Of a stretch of 64,000 nucleotides of DNA, positions 56,488 through 64,000 are shown one piece after another. Each line of letters begins with the position of its first letter. Position 1 is the stretch's first letter. The position numbers and the translations under genes are program-made. Origin of the DNA: an uncultured Candidatus Saccharibacteria bacterium (GTDB lineage: Bacteria > Patescibacteriota > Dojkabacteria > SC72); assembly GCA_964560525.1 (NCBI GenBank), contig CAZLLO010000004.1, positions 530 to 64,529 of the forward strand, given 5' to 3'. The notes under the pieces are model-generated. The model was given only the letters and a program-made list of their open reading frames with translations, was not told the DNA's origin and ran no database searches.

Positions 56488-56976
56488 GTGATAATCGATT
56501 TAAAATCTTTTCCTGCATTACGTGAATCAGAATTAAAAGGTAAAACAATTGTTTGTACCTCTGGCTTCTTTGACCCAATACATCCAGGGCATGTTTCTTG
56601 TATTATGGAATCTAAAAAATTCGGAGATATATTAATAGTTGTCGTCGATGGTGATCAAAGAGCCGTAACAAAGAAAGGAAAATCCTTTATGCCCGAGATG
56701 GATAGAGCATATATTGTTGACCATCTTCCTGGGGTTGATTATGTAACGATATATAATCATCCAACTGAAAACAATTGTATTGAAGCCATTGATATTATAC
56801 GTCCTGATGTCTTTACAAAAGGTGGCGATAGAGTGGGTAATACAACACCAGAGGCAAAGTTAATAGAAGGTTATGGTGGAAGAATAGAATATAATGTTGG
56901 GGATCCCAAGATATGGTCTAGCTCTGACTACCTAGAAGATTGGCATCAGTTTCGAAAAACGCAAGAAACTACCTAA
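56488..56976 (+). CDS. Cytidylyltransferase-like nucleotidyltransferase (RfaE domain II / TagD-like)
   Basis: CTSGFFDPIHPGHV (HxGH motif), overall resemblance to the HldE/RfaE adenylyltransferase domain ending ...TKGGD. Confidence 0.6.
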   Translation: MIIDLKSFPALRESELKGKTIVCTSGFFDPIHPGHVSCIMESKKFGDILIVVVDGDQRAVTKKGKSFMPEMDRAYIVDHLPGVDYVTIYNHPTENNCIEAIDIIRPDVFTKGGDRVGNTTPEAKLIEGYGGRIEYNVGDPKIWSSSDYLEDWHQFRKTQETT

Positions 56977-57892
56977 CCAATCGTGATAAATATGTATATA
57001 TAGCATTTGCTGCAATACCTCCCTCAGAGACAGCTGTTATAACCTGCCTAAAGCCATTTGAAGCAGTTGTACAATCACCAGCAGCCCATATACCATCAAC
57101 ATTGGTTGCTTGTGTTTGATCAACCTTAATATATTTCTTCTCATCTGTATCTATACCTAATTTCTCGGATAATACGGCATTAGGTTCAGAGCCTATTTCT
57201 ATGAACATACCATTTACCTCAACATATTCGTTTCCATTATATGGTTGTGATAGCTTGATTCTTTCTAATCTAGGCTCTCCCTCAAGTCCAATTGGTAATG
57301 TTTTCAATATTATTTCTACATTTGGTTTCTTCATTAATTGTTCAACCCACATAGGTTCTCCAAGCAATTCAGTACCTCTATAGATGAGATAGACCTTCTT
57401 AGCAATATCAGAAAGCATAGAAGCAGACATTACTGCCGCATTCTTTCCTCCTACAACAGCTACGGTTTTATCTTTGTAAAACATAGCATCACAGGTAGCG
57501 CAATAGGAGAGACCCTTACCAAGGTATTTATCTTCCCCAGGTAGCATTAGTTTATTCCTCTCCGTTCCTGTTGTAAGTATCACTGTTTTAGCTTCATATT
57601 CATTATTTCTGTCAGTGTATACATGGAATACTTCATCAAACTTTTTAATGTCCACAACGCTTTCATATACTACCTCACCACCCAAATCTTTAGCCTGTTT
57701 TTCAAATAACATACCTAATTCAAGTCCAGTAATATCTGGTAATCCAGGGTAGTTACACACCTTATGTGCTTCTGATATAGTTCCACCAACTATTTTTCCT
57801 AATATGATATTCGTAAGCTTGTATCTGCTAGAGTAAATACTAGCAGCGTATGCTGCGGGTCCGCTTCCTATTATTGCTATATCGTATGTCAT
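56969..57892 (-). CDS. trxB: Thioredoxin reductase
   Basis: FAD motif DIAIIGSGPAAYAASIY, redox-active CATCD, NAD(P) motif VAVVGGKNAA. Confidence 0.85.
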   Translation of the reverse strand: MTYDIAIIGSGPAAYAASIYSSRYKLTNIILGKIVGGTISEAHKVCNYPGLPDITGLELGMLFEKQAKDLGGEVVYESVVDIKKFDEVFHVYTDRNNEYEAKTVILTTGTERNKLMLPGEDKYLGKGLSYCATCDAMFYKDKTVAVVGGKNAAVMSASMLSDIAKKVYLIYRGTELLGEPMWVEQLMKKPNVEIILKTLPIGLEGEPRLERIKLSQPYNGNEYVEVNGMFIEIGSEPNAVLSEKLGIDTDEKKYIKVDQTQATNVDGIWAAGDCTTASNGFRQVITAVSEGGIAANAIYTYLSRLVR

Positions 57893-57977
57893 ATATGTTA
57901 GAGATTACAAATTAGAAGATATTTCAATTTATACATTCTAGCATATATGTAAATAGGTGAGACAGAAGTAAAGAATG

Positions 57978-58742
57978 CTACACTATTGTTCCCCAATCAA
58001 GAGTATTTGTTAATATTTCAGCCTTGTTCTTTCTAACAATAACCATATATTCAAACATAACACTGTTACCACCATTCTGTGTATGTACAGACCATTCATC
58101 CTCATCAATGTAAGCTTTTCCATTATCATCGACAACCTGGCATTCGATACATATAACCATGCCATCGACTAGTAATTCTTCTGTGCCCTTTCTACCATAT
58201 GAAAGAATTTCTGGATCTTCATGAAGAGATTTACCAATACCATGGCCAGCATACATCTTTAAAACATTAAAACCACTATCTTTAGCAGCTTTCTCCATTT
58301 CATACCCCAGATCTCCTGTATGATTACCAACTACAGCCTTAGTAATTGCATTCTCTACCGCAGCTCTACCAGCCTCTAAAAGCTTTACATTTTGTTTTGA
58401 AGGTATTCCTACACTCCAGGTCCAACAGTGATCTGTAAAATATCCTTTATATATGATTCCCATATCTATGGAAACTAAATCACCTTTTTTAAGGGGTGTA
58501 TTACTGGGGATACCATGTACGGCAACATCGTTAACAGATATACATGTATTATATTTGTAATCTCCGACAGTTTTGAAACTAGACCTTACACCATATTTTG
58601 CACATAATTGTCCTGCCAGAATATCTAATTCTAAGGAAGTAATACCCTCATGGATGTTTTCTCCTAGTTGTTTAAGAATATCAACAGAAATTTCTGTTGC
58701 TTCTCTCAGCATTAATTCATCTTTTGGATTCTTTATAATCAT
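57978..58742 (-). CDS. map: Methionine aminopeptidase type I
   Basis: Pita-bread fold metal ligands: SIDMGIIYKGYFTDHCWTW, GHGIGKSLHEDP, C-terminal EY. Confidence 0.85.
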   Translation of the reverse strand: MIIKNPKDELMLREATEISVDILKQLGENIHEGITSLELDILAGQLCAKYGVRSSFKTVGDYKYNTCISVNDVAVHGIPSNTPLKKGDLVSIDMGIIYKGYFTDHCWTWSVGIPSKQNVKLLEAGRAAVENAITKAVVGNHTGDLGYEMEKAAKDSGFNVLKMYAGHGIGKSLHEDPEILSYGRKGTEELLVDGMVICIECQVVDDNGKAYIDEDEWSVHTQNGGNSVMFEYMVIVRKNKAEILTNTLDWGTIV

Positions 58743-58761
58743 GCCCGTATTATACCTCTAA

Positions 58762-59922
58762 CTAGCCAATAATATATAGTTCTTCCTCAGCTCTTGTGAC
58801 AGCTGTATAGAGCCATCTTCGCCAATTATCATCTGTCATTCGAGGAAATCTTTCCTCAAAAACAATTACTCTCTTTGCCTGACTACCCTGTGCCTTGTGT
58901 ACTGTTAATGCATATCCAAAATCAAATAAATTCATATTTTCAACCAAATGTTGTGTCAATGTTTCTGGTTTTCCAAATTGTTCCACACTTATATGTCCTG
59001 CAAATATATCATCTTCACCATCCAATGCTATTTCTACATCATAGAAATGTGCTCTCTCGTCTTTAAAGATAGAGAGAATTGTACCTGTCATACCATTGAA
59101 TATTCCAACACTAGCATTATTTTTTAAACATATAACTCGATCACCATACTTAGGTTCAGGTGAATCAAATTCTAATAACTGCCTAATACCTTTATTCAAA
59201 TCAACCCTTGTTCTATTGTATCCTGTCAAAACCATGGTTTGGTCATCAAAAGTTTCTAATTTGCTAGTTAAAAATTCTTGTGTATTTTCATCCTTCTTAG
59301 AGATTTTACGTACAGTGCTAGAAAAATCTAATTGTGGTATGTGACCATACCTTCTTGCTATCTCAGAAACTTTAATGATTGGGTTATCCCTCTCTTGCCT
59401 AAAAATTTCTTCTAATTTGAGGGTAGGGGTTTCCATTAAATTAAAACTGCCCTCTACAGGTGGTAATTGCCCATGATCTCCAGAGGCTAGAATAGGTACA
59501 CCAAAACTGAGTAAATCATCCCATATCTGTTTTGTAACCATTGAAGCTTCATCGACAATTATCAGATCGTAGGAGAATTCTTCTTGAAGCTTTTTCTCCC
59601 AACCAATAATATTGTCTTTATCATCACAAATGGCTTTGTAGATTAATCCATGTATCGTGCCAATATAGTCGGACTTATTAATAGAAGCAGCTTCTTTAAG
59701 CTTGCGTTGCAACACGCGTGCCGCTTTCCCCGTATAACTACAGTATGCAATTTTAATGTTCTTTTTCTCCTTGTGAAGATATTGTCCAAGGTATCCCAAC
59801 AATGTTGTTTTACCTGTTCCAGCATATCCCCCAAAGGTTAGATATTGCACAGGATTCTCCCTATACCACTGTAATATATCATCCAAGATATTTTTTTGTT
59901 TTTCAGAAAATGCTATGTCCAC
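58762..59922 (-). CDS. RecD/Pif1-like SF1B DNA helicase (AAA_30 + UvrD_C_2 type, 386 aa)
   Basis: Walker A GGYAGTGKTTLLGYL, Walker B IIVDEASMV, C-terminal YALTVHKAQGSQAKRVIVF. Confidence 0.6.
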   Translation of the reverse strand: MDIAFSEKQKNILDDILQWYRENPVQYLTFGGYAGTGKTTLLGYLGQYLHKEKKNIKIAYCSYTGKAARVLQRKLKEAASINKSDYIGTIHGLIYKAICDDKDNIIGWEKKLQEEFSYDLIIVDEASMVTKQIWDDLLSFGVPILASGDHGQLPPVEGSFNLMETPTLKLEEIFRQERDNPIIKVSEIARRYGHIPQLDFSSTVRKISKKDENTQEFLTSKLETFDDQTMVLTGYNRTRVDLNKGIRQLLEFDSPEPKYGDRVICLKNNASVGIFNGMTGTILSIFKDERAHFYDVEIALDGEDDIFAGHISVEQFGKPETLTQHLVENMNLFDFGYALTVHKAQGSQAKRVIVFEERFPRMTDDNWRRWLYTAVTRAEEELYIIG

Positions 59923-61404
59923 TTGAGATATGTAAAGATAATTGATAGATTAAAGGACATGTCTAATGTATATAGTATAGTAAAAAAGAGCAAGTTAGCA
60001 CAAATAGTTATTGTACTATCTTTGTTTTTGTTGATGCCAAGCGTTGTACATGCTCAAACAACATCTACGGAATTAAAGTCCTTCACCTATTTTACAGGTA
60101 TAGGGTGCCCTCATTGTGCTAAGGTTTCTCCTGTATTACATGAGAAAGTCAATGCACAAAAGGGTTTGCTTATGATCGAGTACGAAATATACCAAGAGTC
60201 TTCCAATGCAACAGTTTTGTATAGCTACAATTCAAAATATGGCTATCAATTAGCTATTCCCTTAACTTTGTATGCTCCAAAAGATTTTGACCAAGGTGAT
60301 TCCCCAATTCTTAATAATTTTGATACTCAAATATCTAAACTTCCTGTGAATACAATTGAACTATCAAAAAGCACTGTAAGCTGGAGTGATCTTAACCTAA
60401 ATGATTTCGAAGGTAGAGTAAAACTATTTACGAAGGATAGGGTAGCTTTACAAAATACATCACAAGATTTATCTAATGAACAAGAGGGTCAGATAAAAGA
60501 ATTTCTAACTACAACAGATTTAGATACCTATGTACAAACTGTACAAGGGACACAGATAAAGGATCTGATAATTGAGTATTCGGGAGGGAATGAGGTGTAT
60601 ACCCACGGTGTTAATATTGGTTCGTGGACTTTGCTTTGGAGAGGAAACAATGATGCAAAAATCGTAATAGGAGATACTGTGAATACGAATGTTGATAAAA
60701 ACAGTTCAAATAATATTTCATGGGCTAAGATTTCAACACTAGCGCTTACGGATTCTATTAACCCATGTGCATTGTCTGTATTGCTCATGATGCTAATAGC
60801 TATTGCTACATACCATCCTAAAGATAAAAAACAGATATTGTGGGCTGGTTTAGCATTTGTTGCTGCGGTATTCATTACATACTTTGTATATGGATTACTA
60901 ATTGTTAAGGCTTTTGAAGTGGTTCAGGGGATTAGCAGCATTAAGTTGTATCTGTATAAGGGGTTGGGTGCTGGCGCAATTATTCTAGGATTACTTGAGA
61001 TCAAGGATTTCTTCTTTTACAAACCAGGATCTATTGGTACTGAGATGCCTATGATTTTTAGACCTAAGGTGCAGCAGATTCTTGCTAAAGTCACATCTCC
61101 ACTCGGGGCTTTTGGGTTGGGTATGTTTGTTACTTTGTTCTTACTTCCTTGTACTATTGGCCCATACATTATACTGGGTGGTATGCTTTCCTATGGTGAG
61201 TTTGCGAGCGCGTTACCATATCTTACTGTTTACAATTTGATTTTTATACTTCCAATGGTTGTAATAATACTTCTGGTTTTCTTTGGTTCTAAGAGTATTA
61301 AACAAGTTACTCAGTGGAGAGAAAAGAACGTAAAAATAATGCATCTAATTATTGGCATTATATTCATACTTTTAGGAGCATCTATGTTCTTTGGATTGTT
61401 TTAA
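59896..61404 (+). CDS. Thiol:disulfide interchange protein: periplasmic thioredoxin-like CxxC domain fused to CcdA/DsbD-type transmembrane domain
   Basis: Signal anchor, GIGCPHCAK CxxC, C-terminal polytopic domain with NPCALSV and LPCTIGPY Cys pair. Probable true start at 59959 (MSNVY...). Confidence 0.6.
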   Translation: MFFRKCYVHLRYVKIIDRLKDMSNVYSIVKKSKLAQIVIVLSLFLLMPSVVHAQTTSTELKSFTYFTGIGCPHCAKVSPVLHEKVNAQKGLLMIEYEIYQESSNATVLYSYNSKYGYQLAIPLTLYAPKDFDQGDSPILNNFDTQISKLPVNTIELSKSTVSWSDLNLNDFEGRVKLFTKDRVALQNTSQDLSNEQEGQIKEFLTTTDLDTYVQTVQGTQIKDLIIEYSGGNEVYTHGVNIGSWTLLWRGNNDAKIVIGDTVNTNVDKNSSNNISWAKISTLALTDSINPCALSVLLMMLIAIATYHPKDKKQILWAGLAFVAAVFITYFVYGLLIVKAFEVVQGISSIKLYLYKGLGAGAIILGLLEIKDFFFYKPGSIGTEMPMIFRPKVQQILAKVTSPLGAFGLGMFVTLFLLPCTIGPYIILGGMLSYGEFASALPYLTVYNLIFILPMVVIILLVFFGSKSIKQVTQWREKNVKIMHLIIGIIFILLGASMFFGLF

Positions 61405-61669
61405 ATAGCCAGTGAAATGTTTCAATTGTTAATTATATGAGTTGCCTATAATAGGGGTTGTACTAACGATATGGGTACAAATACTAATGATTTATATCAA
61501 TATTTATTAGTAATATAGTGATTTTGTATAGATATTTATCATGATATGTAATATATTCATGATTTCCGATTGTATCGGTGTGGGTGTTCGAGGTGTGTCT
61601 GGGGGTTGGAATAATGTATTGATGCTTGAAAGCAACAAATATAGTATCTCCCAGACACGACCTCTTAAC

Positions 61670-62185
61670 CTATTTCCATTCACCGGAGCCTCCGTAATAA
61701 CGGCTCTGGTTGAAAACTTCATCCAACATGTTATTGGGTTCGTTTTCAAATAAAACTTTTGTTTTGCAATCTTTATTTGGAGTACAAATTACTCTGAAAA
61801 TAGTTCCTTCTTCTTGGATATACCCCAGAATTTGGTTTTCAGAGCAATAGCTCCAACCAGATTGACAGACATAGAGACCTGTAACGGTACCATCCAAAGT
61901 CGTATTATACACAGCATTTACAGTTGTATCGGCTGTATACGAATCGGGTGCCAAGTTCAAGGTCTTTAATGCCTTCCAGACGTCTCCGTTGAAATAACTG
62001 GTAAGGGCTCTAACTAAATTACCCGTACCATAATATTTTATTTCTTCAGAAGACATTTCCCCACTCAAAGCTTTGTTTATGCAATTTGAATCGCATTCAA
62101 AGCTATTTGCATTTACATGCCCATTTGGGATCGTAAGCGCAAGAATGGAGAGGACGACAATTGCTATTTCAAGAATTTTTTTCAT
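61670..62185 (-). CDS. Hypothetical small secreted Cys-rich protein
   Basis: Signal peptide MKKILEIAIVVLSILALTIPNGHVNA with AGGAG RBS about 8 nt upstream; multiple Cys (CDSNC, CQSGWSYC, CTPNKDC). Confidence 0.45.
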   Translation of the reverse strand: MKKILEIAIVVLSILALTIPNGHVNANSFECDSNCINKALSGEMSSEEIKYYGTGNLVRALTSYFNGDVWKALKTLNLAPDSYTADTTVNAVYNTTLDGTVTGLYVCQSGWSYCSENQILGYIQEEGTIFRVICTPNKDCKTKVLFENEPNNMLDEVFNQSRYYGGSGEWK

Positions 62186-62205
62186 TTTTTCTCCTATGTA
62201 AATTT

Positions 62206-62251
62206 GTGGAACTTACATATCTCTATTAGGTAAAAGATATAGAAGTTCCAC
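62206..62251. promoter_or_regulatory. 17-bp-arm imperfect palindrome (GTGGAACTTACATATCT ... AGATATAGAAGTTCCAC) directly upstream of the RBS of the 61670..62185 gene
   Basis: 15/17 complementary arms with 12-nt spacer. Candidate operator or 5'-UTR stem-loop. Confidence 0.3.
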
Positions 62252-62462
62252 AAATAAGAGAAGATTTTGGAAATAGGTTTTTAAAAGAACAGTTACATGT
62301 AATTTCAAATTACCTGTAACTTAACATAGTACTAATGAAAGAAATATAAATTATGAAATTTATATCTATATTTATTAGTAATATATCTTCAATTTCGAGA
62401 TGGTATCCAATGTGCTTTTTAGCAATGTTGGATACCATCCGAAAAGGTTTATCTAGTTATCA

Positions 62463-62795
62463 TTAAAAAAGATGATAACCGACGGACATAATTAAAGCTA
62501 AGGCAACTCCGAACATGAGGGTAAAGAAAGATAATTTCTTCAATTCTTTCCACTCACTAAGAAGGCCACATATGTCAACAATTACAGTTATCCATAACAA
62601 CATTGTATATGCGCCCTTGGCAAGTGAGAAATTATAGATTATACCAAGGAATAGGAAGGCCGTTCCCAGTGCGTATAGTACCATCGCGAGTTGAGACCAT
62701 CCAGAGCTTTTTTTGGTAATTGAAAGTGTTTTTATAAAAAAAACACATACTTGCAATATTGCCACTACACTTAACAAAATATCCTTTGTCTCCAT
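62463..62795 (-). CDS. Hypothetical small membrane protein (110 aa, about 3 TM)
   Basis: Hydrophobic helices throughout. 12-bp perfect inverted repeat (62399-62439) downstream. Confidence 0.35.
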   Translation of the reverse strand: METKDILLSVVAILQVCVFFIKTLSITKKSSGWSQLAMVLYALGTAFLFLGIIYNFSLAKGAYTMLLWITVIVDICGLLSEWKELKKLSFFTLMFGVALALIMSVGYHLF

Positions 62796-63109
62796 TTCTC
62801 TCCTTTCCCATATATGGGAGTATAAATTTTTTAGATTTTGTATTACACAAACTTTAAACCTTCAAGATAGATTTAAAAGCACAAAGTTTGTGTAATTGGG
62901 AGAGTGATAAACCTTTTTAAAGAGCAGTATAGATTTATTCAACCTATAGTACATTATACCACATTGTTTTAATTTTATACAAAAGTATATCTAATTCCAA
63001 GAAAAAGAACGTACTCTACTTTTTTCTCAATTTAATCTTTTTACAGGTCTATTCCTTTTAGAATATTTTAGTATATACTAAATATATCTAATCTGCCTAA
63101 ATAGATGCT

Positions 63110-64000
63110 ATGGGAATAGTAATGTCTAAAAAGAAAAAATACCTCATACTTTTGATTAGCATGTTAACCTTAGCTGCTATTACAGCAGGAATATACCTAT
63201 TCATTAACCCTAAAGTAAATAGCTCAACCTTATACTCTGTAGATAAATATTCGGATGTTACTAATTGGTGTGATACTAGTATAAAGGACAACACCTTGTC
63301 TATCGATTGCAAAGCGTTGTTAATCAATATTGATGCGAATAGTTGTTTTGAAGTACAAGTAATAACTAAGGATAAAGAATTAAGGGATTTAAATGTGTGC
63401 GAGAGCGATGATATATTAACATATACTAATGATATATTGGGGTACAAGAATCTAATGCCAGTTGATGTGGTATTTACATATACTAAGAGTGGGATATTGG
63501 AGAATTATTCATTTAGTAATGTGTCCTTTTTAAAAATGGAGGATACATATGTACAATCTGTTGTTAATGAAGATATTGCCAATTTAGTAACTATTGATTC
63601 TAAAACTACAACAATACAGAATAGTATTAACTTCTGCCCAAGATTAGAATTGTTACCTGAATATGTAACAGAAGAAAATAAAAAAACATATGATATATTT
63701 TACAGTACCTCTAAATTAGACCAGAGTTTCTTTTCTGATGGCTCACTATATAATACCCCGATAAACGAACTAAAATTAATTTTCGGATGTGAATCTCAGA
63801 TTACAAGTGGGTACAAAGATTTATGTACAACTAAAAATATTAATATTACAAGTAACTTAGAACAAGCCTTATTGCAAATGCCCAAAAATATAAATTTTGC
63901 TCAAGGTTTTGGGGAGTTTGATATTTCTACACTTCACAATATTTCCATAATTTATGATGGTGAAGAATTCACACGTTTTAGTGACGAATCAGGAATATTA
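63110..64000 (+). CDS. Hypothetical secreted/membrane-anchored protein, 3' end beyond window
   Basis: Plus-strand frame is open from ATG 63110 (or 63122) to the window end: MGIVMSKKKKYLILLISMLTLAAITAGIYLF... Absent from the ORF track because no stop lies in the window. The minus-strand ORF 63097..63447 is judged spurious. Confidence 0.5.
   Translation, partial: MGIVMSKKKKYLILLISMLTLAAITAGIYLFINPKVNSSTLYSVDKYSDVTNWCDTSIKDNTLSIDCKALLINIDANSCFEVQVITKDKELRDLNVCESDDILTYTNDILGYKNLMPVDVVFTYTKSGILENYSFSNVSFLKMEDTYVQSVVNEDIANLVTIDSKTTTIQNSINFCPRLELLPEYVTEENKKTYDIFYSTSKLDQSFFSDGSLYNTPINELKLIFGCESQITSGYKDLCTTKNINITSNLEQALLQMPKNINFAQGFGEFDISTLHNISIIYDGEEFTRFSDESGIL

Noticed and set aside
61507-61753. 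Overlapping 70-80-aa ORFs on both strands in the 61.4-61.7 kb gap
   Set aside because: Mutually overlapping. They partly overlap the 3' end of the 61670..62185 gene. No motifs or start signals. Left unannotated.
63097-63447. Minus-strand 116-aa ORF
   Set aside because: Antisense to a longer plus-strand frame that is open from 63110 to the window end and has a convincing signal-anchor N-terminus.
1-64000. Alternative genetic code (for example UGA recoding as in some CPR lineages)
   Set aside because: Long intact ORFs for conserved proteins (DnaE 1131 aa, UvrB, NrdD, the 2612-aa adhesin) are obtained with standard stops. Nothing requires recoding.

Overview
This 64-kb window is an AT-rich, gene-dense bacterial chromosomal segment (mid-30s % GC by eye). 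It reads with the standard genetic code and has no rRNA and no CRISPR array. I can support about 60 protein-coding genes and six tRNA genes: Thr-CGT, Gly-CCC, Lys-TTT, Gly-TCC, Gln-TTG and Pro-TGG.

Recognisable housekeeping genes are gatB (partial), gatA, rnhB, gpmI, rplS, dnaE, uvrC, uvrB, mutL, rsmI, lexA, trxB, map and an nrdR-nrdD-nrdG operon with an NrdR box. These are interleaved with cell-envelope and accessory content:
- a sortase next to a 2612-aa LPXTG repeat adhesin;
- a type II m5C restriction-modification pair beside tRNA-Lys;
- a Fic-like protein with a degenerate motif;
- a degenerate HD-GYP-like / TM / CAP fusion protein;
- a six-gene envelope operon containing a pseudo-transglutaminase, a TM-HEPN-like protein and a cupin PGI-like protein;
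- a LemA/DUF2207 pair, two CaCA exchangers, a patatin-like protein, a FemAB-like protein, and HelD-like and RecD-like helicases.

The gene content (sortase/LPXTG giant protein, FemAB, class III RNR, small DnaE/UvrC, many small secreted proteins) fits a reduced-genome Gram-positive-like lineage, possibly Patescibacteria/CPR. That is an inference, not a measurement.

The most unusual points I could see directly are:
1. The conserved NrdD glycyl-radical motif sits on a separate 51-aa micro-ORF downstream of a stop-terminated nrdD, with stops in all frames between them.
2. The LPXTG sorting signal of the giant adhesin runs in-frame, without a stop, into Met-Met plus a new signal peptide at an AAAAAGAAAA tract.
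3. An R-M island sits next to tRNA-Lys.
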